Shown here: piece by piece, positions 45,314 to 54,035 of the stretch
Position numbering within the stretch: the stretch's first letter is position 1
How the letters are laid out: every line of letters starts with the position of its first letter
Source: Chloroflexota bacterium
Lineage (GTDB): Bacteria > Chloroflexota > Dehalococcoidia > Lucifugimonadales > UBA3495
Length of the DNA stretch: 64,000 bases
Reading direction: 5' to 3'
NCBI GenBank assembly: GCA_009840135.1
Contig: VXOH01000131.1
Coordinates: 3,608-67,607 of the forward strand
The notes under the pieces: generated by a model
Databases searched by the model: none
What the model was told of the DNA's origin: nothing
What the model saw: the letters and a program-made list of their open reading frames with translations, nothing else
Translations under genes and position numbers: made by a program

Positions 45314-48300
45314 ATGAACACTGGCAACACAACCGTAAATGCAGCCTCAATAGACGAAGCGCAATCTGTTTCTGCTCTGGGGGCGACTGGGCGCCCACCA
45401 ATCTCGATATTCAGGGTCCTGGTATCTGTGGCGGCGCTGGTGGTGGCCCTGGTTACCGTGGGCCTCCTCGCCGATTGGCCGCTGCTGGCCGAGGCTCTGA
45501 GGGAACTGGGGAAGCAGCCGTATCTTGTGCCTGTCCTGGTCATTGTGTACTCCTCCGCTTTCCTGCTGAGGGCCATAGCCTGGAAGGCGCTAATGGTCTC
45601 CGGCGGGAACACGTTCAAGCTGCTGGGGGCGTTGCAGGCAGCGTTGCTGGTCAATCACCTGGCGCCCCTGAAACTGGGCGAGTTTGTTCGCCCCCTGGCA
45701 GCAGCCAGGGCAGGCGTCCCACTGGCCGAGGCGGCAACCACCACGGCGGTGGCGCGGGTCCTGGACTTTGTGGCTTTGCTGGTAATTGCGGCCAGCGTAG
45801 GGTCTTTTGTTTCTTTGTCCGCCGGCGAGGGGCGCTGGCTCCAGGGACTGGCCCTGCCGGCGGTGGTGATTGCCGGAATCTGTGGACTGCTGCTGGTCCT
45901 GCGGTGGCGCCGGCTGCATGATTGGCTTCCGGAACTGCTGCGTACTCGCTTCGACATTATGCAGTCCCAGCTGAGGCAGGTGTCGGGACGGCGACTGGCT
46001 ACGGCCGCCGCCTGGACTTTACCCAGCTGGATTCTGGAAGCCGTGGTCATTATCGTGGCGGCCAGAGCCCTCGGGATCGAACTTTCCCTGGCTGCGGCAA
46101 TTTCGGTAACTGCCTTCACGATCCTGTTCCAGGCCTTCCATATCACTCCCGGCGGCATCGGCGTTTACGAAGCGGTTATGACGGGCGCCCTGTTTGCCCA
46201 CGGCATACCCTGGGAGGAAGGGCTCGCCCTGGCCGTGGCTACCCACGGTCTAAAGTTCGCCTACTCCTACACCATTGCCCTGGCCTTCTCCTTCACCGCC
46301 CTGGTCGGCCTCAGGCGGATGCCGTCGCTGAACCCGCTGAATCATCTGCGAGGTTCGTCAGACGGCGCCAAGTCGGCCTCCAGCTTCGAGGTTGTCGCGG
46401 CGCGCCTTTGGAACGTCCTCAATGAGGGCAAACCCTTTACACCGGTATTCACCCTGGGCATCATCGCCCTGCTGAGTGTCCCGCACCTGGGCGACGGCGG
46501 CTATTGGCTCCGCGCGGCAGGCGCGCTCCTTGCCCTGGTTCCCCTTTTCGTCGTGTTCTACCGCTTCGACTTCCCCCTGCGGCTTCGGGTGACCCTGTGG
46601 ATATACGTGGGCGTTTTCCTGGCCGTTTTCCGGTTCGCCGACCTGACGGCCATGGCCCTTATCCTGGGCATCTACCTGACTTTCACCATATTCCTGTGGG
46701 GCACGGTGTACTACCACCTGCGTATCGGCACTTCCTGGCTTAACTTTACCCGATTCTGGCGCCTGGTCCTGGAGAATCCGGACCCCACCAGCGGCAACTT
46801 CCTGGAGCAGATTCCCAAGCTGACGCTGCTGGTCCTCGCCTTCCAGATACTGGTTGCCCGACCCACGCCGGTGACGTATTTGGCGGTGGAAGGCTTTGTG
46901 CTGCTGTTGGCCATTACCGCGCTCCTGCTGCACCAGTGGTTCTTCACCTGGCCGCCCGCGCCATCCATGGTGCCTACGACCAAGCGCGCCATTAACGGCG
47001 AACGCATTTCCCGCCGCTTCATCACCATCGTCATCGACGGTTGCCGGGCCGACCGCCTGCTGGAGGCCAACACTCCGTACATAGACCGGCTGCGCAGTGA
47101 GGGCGTCGACTACATAGATACTTCGACAGTTTACCCGGCCCGCACGGTATCCGGTTTCAGCTCAATGTTCACGGGGGCGCCCCCGACCGTTCACGGCATG
47201 ACCAGCAACTTCGTGCCCAGCCTGGGCGTGAAGTGCGAGTCCATATTTGATGCTCTGCGGAAGGAAGGCTTGAACGGCAAGCTGGTGGGCATAGCTCACC
47301 TCATTGATGCCTTCGGCCACAACGACGTTGAAACGGTGACGGCGGTTACCAACAACGACGATATAGACAACGCGCTGACCGCCCGCGCCCAGGCGGTAAT
47401 ACAGCGGGACGACCCGGACCTGCTGATTCTGCAATTGTTAAGCGTTGACCAGACCGGCCACGCCCGGGGCAGCTACAACTCTGAGTACCTGGAAAAGATC
47501 GAGGAATCGGACCGGATAATCCAGCGTTTTCTGGAGTGGTGCGACTCCATCGGCTATCTGGACGAAGCCACAGTTGTGATTACCGCCGACCACGGCCAGG
47601 GCATCGGCATTGGCGGACACGGGCACATGAGCCCCACCGAACGGTACGTGCCGTGCATTCTGTGGGGCCACGGCGTGGAAACCCGGGGAGTTATCGCTGA
47701 GCCCCATTCGGTGATGGACGTTACCGCCACCATCGCCTACTTCCTGGGTGTTGCCCCTCCCGAACAGTCGGTGGGGCAGGTGCTGGGCATTGCCGAGAGC
47801 GAAGCGGATGTTGCTTCGCGTCCGGTCGCCGTAATCATTCCCGCCTACAACGAAACGGAGAACCTGCCTGACACGCTGGCGCGAATACCCCGCCGCCAAT
47901 TTCCCAACCTGAAGGTCATCGTCGTGGACGACGGTTCAACCGATGGTACGGCCCGGCTGGCCCGGGACCACGGCGCCGACGTGGTGATATCCCACACCCT
48001 TAACCGGGGTCTGGGCGCGGCCCTCCGAACGGGCCTGGCGGCTGCCAACGAACTGAATGCCAGGGCCGCGGTTTACGTGGATGCCGATGGCGAATATCCA
48101 CCGGAACAGATTCCCGACCTGCTGGAGCCCATATTGCAGGGTGAAGCCGACTACGTTCTCGGTTCACGCTACCTGGGCAAGAGACAGGGCCAGAGAGCGG
48201 TCCGCCTGCTGGGCAACCTGGTCTTTACCGGCTTGCTGTGCCTGGCGACGGGCCGGCGAATTACCGACGGACAGACAGGCTTCCGCGCCTTCTCGCGGCG

Positions 48301-48496
48301 GGCCCTGGAATGCGCCGAGATCATTCACGACTACAACTATGCCCAGGTTTTGACTCTTGACCTGCTCAAGAAGGGCATGCGGATGCGGGAGGTTCCCATT
48401 TCATACTCGCGCCGCACCCGGGGCAGGTCATTTATTGGCCCAAAGTACCTCTGGCGGGTCCCGGTAAGGATGCTGCAAGAGATGCTCAGCAAATAG
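45314..48496 (+). CDS. multidomain membrane protein: flippase-like (UPF0104/LPG-synthase-TM) + extra TM block + alkaline-phosphatase-superfamily phosphodiesterase + GT2 glycosyltransferase
   Basis: The N-terminal roughly 330 aa are polytopic, UPF0104-like. About 47021-47760: IVIDGCRADRL...YPARTVSGFSSMFTG..HGM...ITADHGQG..GGHGH (NPP/PglZ-type metal and nucleophile motifs). 47826-48493: VIIPAYNETENL...VVDDGSTDGT...DADGEY (DPM1-like GT2). Confidence 0.85.
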   Translation: MNTGNTTVNAASIDEAQSVSALGATGRPPISIFRVLVSVAALVVALVTVGLLADWPLLAEALRELGKQPYLVPVLVIVYSSAFLLRAIAWKALMVSGGNTFKLLGALQAALLVNHLAPLKLGEFVRPLAAARAGVPLAEAATTTAVARVLDFVALLVIAASVGSFVSLSAGEGRWLQGLALPAVVIAGICGLLLVLRWRRLHDWLPELLRTRFDIMQSQLRQVSGRRLATAAAWTLPSWILEAVVIIVAARALGIELSLAAAISVTAFTILFQAFHITPGGIGVYEAVMTGALFAHGIPWEEGLALAVATHGLKFAYSYTIALAFSFTALVGLRRMPSLNPLNHLRGSSDGAKSASSFEVVAARLWNVLNEGKPFTPVFTLGIIALLSVPHLGDGGYWLRAAGALLALVPLFVVFYRFDFPLRLRVTLWIYVGVFLAVFRFADLTAMALILGIYLTFTIFLWGTVYYHLRIGTSWLNFTRFWRLVLENPDPTSGNFLEQIPKLTLLVLAFQILVARPTPVTYLAVEGFVLLLAITALLLHQWFFTWPPAPSMVPTTKRAINGERISRRFITIVIDGCRADRLLEANTPYIDRLRSEGVDYIDTSTVYPARTVSGFSSMFTGAPPTVHGMTSNFVPSLGVKCESIFDALRKEGLNGKLVGIAHLIDAFGHNDVETVTAVTNNDDIDNALTARAQAVIQRDDPDLLILQLLSVDQTGHARGSYNSEYLEKIEESDRIIQRFLEWCDSIGYLDEATVVITADHGQGIGIGGHGHMSPTERYVPCILWGHGVETRGVIAEPHSVMDVTATIAYFLGVAPPEQSVGQVLGIAESEADVASRPVAVIIPAYNETENLPDTLARIPRRQFPNLKVIVVDDGSTDGTARLARDHGADVVISHTLNRGLGAALRTGLAAANELNARAAVYVDADGEYPPEQIPDLLEPILQGEADYVLGSRYLGKRQGQRAVRLLGNLVFTGLLCLATGRRITDGQTGFRAFSRRALECAEIIHDYNYAQVLTLDLLKKGMRMREVPISYSRRTRGRSFIGPKYLWRVPVRMLQEMLSK

Positions 48497-48535
48497 AACA
48501 CCATCCGCCTCTGGCGGACCAGGAGGAGTGCTATC

Positions 48536-51127
48536 GTGCAAGACCACACAGGAACACTGGGAATGTTTACCAGGCGATATCATTGGCTTGCCGGTCTGGC
48601 GTTGGCCATGTTGATGGTGCTGACGCTGGCCTGCTCGCAACAGGAGCCTGCCCCCGCAACGCAGGTAGTTGAGGTGGACTCGGGCGCCACGGCAGCCGCC
48701 GCGCAGGCCGTGGCAGCGGCGGAACAGGCCCTGGCCGCAGCCCAGCAGGCCCAGGCGGCGGCGCAGACCCAGGCCGGGTCGGCGGAAGCCGTTGCCGCCC
48801 AGGCCAGCGCGTCGGCGGAACAAGCCCTGGCGGCGGCGCAGATGGCCCAGGCGGCGGCGGAGACGCCTCGCCGGGGTGAAGACCGTCCCACCATAACCGT
48901 CATCGGTGGCGGTGGCGGCACGGCCTCGGTATCCGGCACCGGTACAGGTACCGGAACGGGCTCAGTCTCAGGTATCGGCACGGGAACTGGGACCGGTTCA
49001 GTCTCCGGCATCGGCCACCATCACGGGCACGGCACGGGCACCGGTACGGGTTCAGTATCTGGCGCCATGGCCATGATGGACAAAGGGGTGTCCGGTGGAG
49101 TTATGATCCCCACCAACCTCAGCTATGAGACCAGCGGCCCCACCAAGTCCGATGGCTACTACACTCCTACCACCAACCGGGAAATTTACCAGAAGATTTC
49201 CACGGACTACCAGGAAATTCTGAAGCTGACCAACGTGATCAAGGAAGGCAAGCCCCTGCCTGCGGCGGAGATATGGTTGCTTTATGAGGCCGGGCCCCAC
49301 ACTAGACTCGGGCCCCAGAGCCGTACCCTTCGGAGCTTTGCGACAGGGTCCACGCCTTCAACCTATTACCCTGAGTCGGCCGAGTTCTACGGGTCAGACA
49401 CCTTTCTTGACGACCCCATCGAAAATGCGGTTCGGGGCCGTGGAGAGGCAGCGGAGTACACGGATGCCCAGAAGCGCCAGGCCATAGGCAAGGGCCTGCT
49501 CAGGATTGTCTATCACTGGGCCAAGTTTTACATGATAATCGGCCAGGACCGGATGAGTTCCCGCCTGATAGACGAGGCCTGGGCCGTTTACGTGGGCGAA
49601 GAAGTAAACGGGGACTACCCTAACTCCCTCTCGGGGGTAGCCCGTTCCCGTGAAGGCAACTTCGGCCGTGAAGGGACCATTGACATACCGCTGCGCCAGG
49701 CCATGGACCGGGCCAGGCGGGCTGCAGATGACGGAAACGCCGCGGCATTGGAGACGGCAACCAACGAGGTCTTTTCCCGATTTAACGCCATCTTCTACCT
49801 GGCCACGGTAAGGTACATGGGACGGGTATTCGATGACGCCCAGGCCGGTAACCGCGACGCGCTGGGAACCCACCAGGTGGAGGCCCTGGCCTTCTACCAG
49901 TCCATCCAGCCCGATGTGGCCAAGGCGAACGCGTCAGCCGATGAGACAATCATGGCCTACCTGACCGCGGAACCCAGCCACGTTACAGCTGCGTCGCGGG
50001 ACAGGGCGTTGGCCGCCCTTAATGGGACGGCTTCCGCCCTTATGCTGATGCCGAGCGACCTGGTCACCGCGTACACCGACGATACCGGCGACGGCTCCAG
50101 CAGCGCGCCGTCTCCGGCCACGGGTGAGCTGGACCTTTCCTCCAGCGTATTCATTCCGGTTAACCTTCCCCACGAGACCGACCGCAGCGTCCCCAGCCCG
50201 TCCGACGGTTACTACCACGCCACAACCAACCGGGAGCATTACCAGAAGATTCCTTCCGACTACCAGGAAATTGTCAAGCTGGCCAACGTAATCAAAGAGG
50301 GCCATCCCCTGCCCGTGGCTGACATATTCCTGCTGTACGAGGTAGGGATGCATACCCGTATCGGCGTCCGCAGCAAGACCCTGCGGGGCTTCGCTCGCGA
50401 CCCGGAACGATCTGAGGAGTTCCCACTGGCCACGGAATTCTACGGATCCGGCAGCTTCCTTGACTCGTCAATAAGCAATGTTGTTCGTGGGCGCGGCGCA
50501 GCAGAAAACTGGACCGATGCCCAAAAGCGGCAGGCCATCAACAAGGGCATTCTCAGAATCCTCTATCACTGGTCAAAGCATTACGTGATTGGGGGCTGTG
50601 CAGACCTCGACTCGGGAGATGTTGATGAGGGATGGGGTATCTATGTGGGGCTGCCGGGAAGTGATGGCAACTATCCCTATTCACTCTCCGCCCTGGCGCG
50701 AAGTCGGGAAGGCAACTTTGGCCGGGAGGGCGCCATAGACGTTCCCCTGCGCGAGGCCTTTGAGCGGGTCCGGCAGGCAGCGGAGAACGGTGATGCCGCC
50801 GCCTGTGCTGCCGCGGCTCAAGAGGTCTATTCCCGTTACAACGCTCTCTTCTACCTGGCAACCGTGCGGTACATAGGCGTCTCATACAATGACGTGGCGG
50901 AAGGGAAAGACCCGGGCACCCACCAGGTTGAGGCGCTGGCCTTCTACCAGTCCATTCAGCCGGAAGTGGCAAACGCCAACCCTGACGCTGATGCTACCAT
51001 CGTGGCTTTCCTCGAGTCTGCACCGGACCAGGTTACCGCTCAGTCCCGGGATGCGGCCCTGGCGGCCCTCAACAGTGTCGCCGACGCACTGCTGTTGACC
51101 CAGGCTGACCTGGTGACGGGTTACTAG
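48536..51127 (+). CDS. lipoprotein with Ala/Gln-rich and Gly/Thr/His-rich linkers and two tandem copies of a roughly 320-aa domain of unknown function
   Basis: Signal plus lipobox-like LMVLTLAC. Domain copies at 49105-50075 and 50152-51124 share long collinear strings (TTNRE.YQKI.SDYQEI.KL.NVIKEG.PLP, DAQKRQAI.KG.LRI.YHW.K.Y, ARSREGNFGREG.ID.PLR, THQVEALAFYQSIQP). GTG start with GGAGGAG RBS. Confidence 0.8.
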   Translation: MQDHTGTLGMFTRRYHWLAGLALAMLMVLTLACSQQEPAPATQVVEVDSGATAAAAQAVAAAEQALAAAQQAQAAAQTQAGSAEAVAAQASASAEQALAAAQMAQAAAETPRRGEDRPTITVIGGGGGTASVSGTGTGTGTGSVSGIGTGTGTGSVSGIGHHHGHGTGTGTGSVSGAMAMMDKGVSGGVMIPTNLSYETSGPTKSDGYYTPTTNREIYQKISTDYQEILKLTNVIKEGKPLPAAEIWLLYEAGPHTRLGPQSRTLRSFATGSTPSTYYPESAEFYGSDTFLDDPIENAVRGRGEAAEYTDAQKRQAIGKGLLRIVYHWAKFYMIIGQDRMSSRLIDEAWAVYVGEEVNGDYPNSLSGVARSREGNFGREGTIDIPLRQAMDRARRAADDGNAAALETATNEVFSRFNAIFYLATVRYMGRVFDDAQAGNRDALGTHQVEALAFYQSIQPDVAKANASADETIMAYLTAEPSHVTAASRDRALAALNGTASALMLMPSDLVTAYTDDTGDGSSSAPSPATGELDLSSSVFIPVNLPHETDRSVPSPSDGYYHATTNREHYQKIPSDYQEIVKLANVIKEGHPLPVADIFLLYEVGMHTRIGVRSKTLRGFARDPERSEEFPLATEFYGSGSFLDSSISNVVRGRGAAENWTDAQKRQAINKGILRILYHWSKHYVIGGCADLDSGDVDEGWGIYVGLPGSDGNYPYSLSALARSREGNFGREGAIDVPLREAFERVRQAAENGDAAACAAAAQEVYSRYNALFYLATVRYIGVSYNDVAEGKDPGTHQVEALAFYQSIQPEVANANPDADATIVAFLESAPDQVTAQSRDAALAALNSVADALLLTQADLVTGY
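48925..49063 (+). repeat. in-frame 36-nt tandem repeat (SVSG[T/I]GTGTGTG x3) with a GHHHGH insertion
   Basis: Three units read directly; the third carries the His-rich insertion at about 49023-49045. Confidence 0.85.
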
Positions 51128-51166
51128 CCGGCTGCTGACCGGGCCCTTGGCTTCATGATGCCTGAT

Positions 51167-51207
51167 GCGCCTACAACCATCTCCTTGAAGGAGATGGTTG
51201 TAGGCGC
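51167..51207. other. perfect 18-bp-stem hairpin (gcgcctacaaccatctcc-ttgaa-ggagatggttgtaggcgc)
   Basis: Inverted repeat read directly. It lies between the lipoprotein stop and the binding-protein start. No T-run. Confidence 0.8.
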
Positions 51208-51254
51208 AGATTATACCCAATGCGGACCAATCTAAAATGGTATAGGGGAAAACT

Positions 51255-52562
51255 ATGACAAGGACTTGTCGCCGGAACACTCCCGGGGCTCTGTTGACCT
51301 TCGTGGGTATGTTCCTTGCGCTTACCCTGGCCCTGGCAGGCTGCGGAGGAGGGGCGCAATCCCCTGCTCAGGCCCCTGCTCAGGCGGTTACGTCGCCGGC
51401 CCCACAGACGGGAGTCTCTACCTCGGCAGCGGCGCCCACTACTGCGCCGCCGGCCGCTGCCGCCGATGGCATGTCGTCCAGCTCCGGAACTGCCGCCGAG
51501 CCGGCTTCGCCCGCGGCCGCGGCTTCACCGGCGGGCGCGCCCAGCCCTGTGGCCCAGCCGACCCAGGCTCCACCGACCCAGGCTCCGCCGGCTCCTCCCG
51601 TCGCTCCAACGGAGCCGGCAGTGGAATACGACACTCTGACCGTTTACTCGGGGCGTTCGCAGACCCTGGTCCATCCGTTGCTGTTGGCCTTCGGCGAATA
51701 CCTGGGGGTGGATATAGAAGTACGGTACGGCGGCAGTTCGTCAACCGCCGCGACTCTCCTCGAAGAGGGTGACAACACACCGGCGGACGTGGTGTTCCTA
51801 CAGGACCCCGGTTCACTGGGTAGCCTGGCGGGCGAGGGAATGCTGGGCGAATTGCCCCAGGAGACCCTGGACAAGGTTGACCCCAGGCTGCGGGACCCTA
51901 ACGGGCGCTGGATTGGAACATCGGGTCGGGCGCGGACCGTTATATACAATACCGACCTGATAGACCCGGCAACGGACCTGCCGGATTCCATCCTCGACTT
52001 CACAGACGAGGAATGGAAGGGTAGAGTGGGATGGGCTCCCTGGAACGGCTCCTTCCAGGCCTTCGTCACTGCGTTACGATTGACCAAGGGTGACGACGCA
52101 GCAAGGGACTGGCTGGAAGGTATGAGGGACAACGAGGCACGGGACTATCCCAACAATGTCTCTATCGTGCAGGCCGCCGCCAATGGCGAGGTGGAAGTGG
52201 GATTCGTCAACCACTACTACCTGGAACGCTTCCTGGCCGAATACGGACCCGACTTCAAGGCCCGCAATTATTACATAGGCAATGGGGATCCGGGGGCGCT
52301 GGTCCTGGTGGCCGGCGCCGGTATCCTGGAGGTATCGGACAACCAGCACACCGCCCAGGAGTTCGTGGACTTCCTGCTCTCCGAACCTGCTCAGCAGTAT
52401 TTCACCTCGGAGATAAAGGAATATCCGGTGGCCGCCGGTGTAGTACCTGAAGGCGATTTGCCTCCAATAGACTCTCTTAATCCTCCCGACGTTGATCTGG
52501 GCAACCTGACGGACCTGGAGGGAACACTTGATTTGCTCAGGGATGTGGGCGTTGTGCCGTGA
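51255..52562 (+). CDS. Fe3+-type ABC transporter substrate-binding lipoprotein (FbpA/AfuA-like), no cognate permease/ATPase nearby
   Basis: Lipobox LALAGC, then a roughly 90-aa Pro/Ala/Thr tether, then LTVYSGRSQTLVHPLL..F....G..IEVRYGGSS......EEG...PADVVFLQD.... Confidence 0.8.
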   Translation: MTRTCRRNTPGALLTFVGMFLALTLALAGCGGGAQSPAQAPAQAVTSPAPQTGVSTSAAAPTTAPPAAAADGMSSSSGTAAEPASPAAAASPAGAPSPVAQPTQAPPTQAPPAPPVAPTEPAVEYDTLTVYSGRSQTLVHPLLLAFGEYLGVDIEVRYGGSSSTAATLLEEGDNTPADVVFLQDPGSLGSLAGEGMLGELPQETLDKVDPRLRDPNGRWIGTSGRARTVIYNTDLIDPATDLPDSILDFTDEEWKGRVGWAPWNGSFQAFVTALRLTKGDDAARDWLEGMRDNEARDYPNNVSIVQAAANGEVEVGFVNHYYLERFLAEYGPDFKARNYYIGNGDPGALVLVAGAGILEVSDNQHTAQEFVDFLLSEPAQQYFTSEIKEYPVAAGVVPEGDLPPIDSLNPPDVDLGNLTDLEGTLDLLRDVGVVP

Positions 52563-54034
52563 TACTGAAGCTGGACTCCCTGGCTGTGTCGAGCCGGATT
52601 AAGGAAAACGAGCTGCCGCTCCTGGCGGTGGCTCTTTTCCTTTTACTTGCTACTGCCTACCTATGGTCAGTGGACATACGGGCCACCCGGGGAGCGTCCA
52701 TTACCGGCGACGAGCCTTTCTACCTGCTGACCACTCAGAGTCTGCTGGCCGACGGCGACTTCGACCTGACGAATCAGTACGAAAGCAGGTCCTACACGTC
52801 CTTCTTTGATCATCCGGACGGCCTGTGGTTCCAATCTGTTACGCGGGAAGACGGCAGCCTGCTAAGCCCTCACAATCCAGGGTTGTCCTTTCTGGTTATC
52901 CCTGGGTTCGCCCTGGGAGGCCTGCTGGGCGTCCAGGTTCAACTTCTGTTGCTGGCATCCACCACCCTGGCGCTTGCTTTTGTGCTGGCCGACCGGCTGA
53001 CCGGCCATCGCCTGACCAGCTGGGTAGTAACGCTGGGCGTGGGTTTGACCGCCACTGCCTTCATCTATTCCACGGAAATATATCCGGAATTCCCTGCCGC
53101 TCTGGCGTTGATGGTGGCGTTGCTGCTGGTCACCCGGCGGACCCGGCTGGGAGTATCCGACGGGCTGTGGCTGGCCGCTACACTCACCGTCATGTGCTGG
53201 CTGGGTATCAAGTACGCGCCCCTGGCCTTGATTGTATCCACCTACTTCCTGCTGAAAACTGACCGGACGGGGCGTATTGCCCTGGTGTCGGCAGGGACTG
53301 TGTCAGCAGTGATCTTCGCCGGGATTCACCTTTACCTCTTCGGCGGCCTGACCCCCTACGGCAATAATGCGGTTTATGCCCAGTGGAACACAGTGGAGAT
53401 TCTGGCGGGACATATTGAATTTGGGGAGAGGTACTACCGGGTGTGGGGCATATTTATAGACCGCCAGTTTGGAGTTGGCCGTTGGGCGCCCCTGCTGCTG
53501 GCGGCAGTGCCCGGCCTGGCGCTGCTGGCAGTGGGCAAAGGGGCCATGAAGCTGGTCCTGGCCCTGGCTCTGGCCCAGTTGCTCATGGCAACCTTCGTAG
53601 CCATCACGATGATGGGGTGGTGGTTCGCCGGACGCACCATGCTGACGGTCCTGCCCCTGTTCGCCGTGCCCATTACGCTAGTCGCCGCGAGAAGCCCCCT
53701 GTGGGGAAGGGTTGGCGTTGCGTTGCTGGGATGCTACTCCCTGGCAATTACCGTGGGTCTGGCCTCGGCCGCCCATGCCGGGGAAGTCACCATCGCCGTG
53801 GACCCCTTCGACATGGCCTTCCCACCCTTCCAGGGGCTGGCGGGACTGTTCCCCCTGTACACATTGTGGACTACGGAGACCTGGTGGTTGACCTTCTTCT
53901 GGCTGACCCTGGCATTGCTGGCAACCGGAAGCATGGTATGGAAAGACATCTCTTCAAGAGTGGCAAGGGTTAACTTGCGAGAGTGGCGACGACCCCGACG
54001 CGCTCTTAACTTTCGCGGCAACACCATCACCTGA
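52559..54034 (+). CDS. polytopic membrane protein, putative GT-C fold (ArnT/PMT-like) glycosyltransferase
   Basis: More than 10 TM helices. The first extracytoplasmic loop has ITGDEPFYLLTTQSLLADGDFDLTNQY (acidic DE/DxD-type loop). GTG overlaps the upstream TGA. Confidence 0.6.
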   Translation: MILKLDSLAVSSRIKENELPLLAVALFLLLATAYLWSVDIRATRGASITGDEPFYLLTTQSLLADGDFDLTNQYESRSYTSFFDHPDGLWFQSVTREDGSLLSPHNPGLSFLVIPGFALGGLLGVQVQLLLLASTTLALAFVLADRLTGHRLTSWVVTLGVGLTATAFIYSTEIYPEFPAALALMVALLLVTRRTRLGVSDGLWLAATLTVMCWLGIKYAPLALIVSTYFLLKTDRTGRIALVSAGTVSAVIFAGIHLYLFGGLTPYGNNAVYAQWNTVEILAGHIEFGERYYRVWGIFIDRQFGVGRWAPLLLAAVPGLALLAVGKGAMKLVLALALAQLLMATFVAITMMGWWFAGRTMLTVLPLFAVPITLVAARSPLWGRVGVALLGCYSLAITVGLASAAHAGEVTIAVDPFDMAFPPFQGLAGLFPLYTLWTTETWWLTFFWLTLALLATGSMVWKDISSRVARVNLREWRRPRRALNFRGNTIT

Positions 54035-54035
54035 A

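Noticed and set aside
48925-49063. Regularly spaced short repeats as a possible CRISPR array
   Set aside because: The units are contiguous 36-nt in-frame coding repeats (SVSGxGTGTGTG) with no spacers, inside a well-supported ORF.
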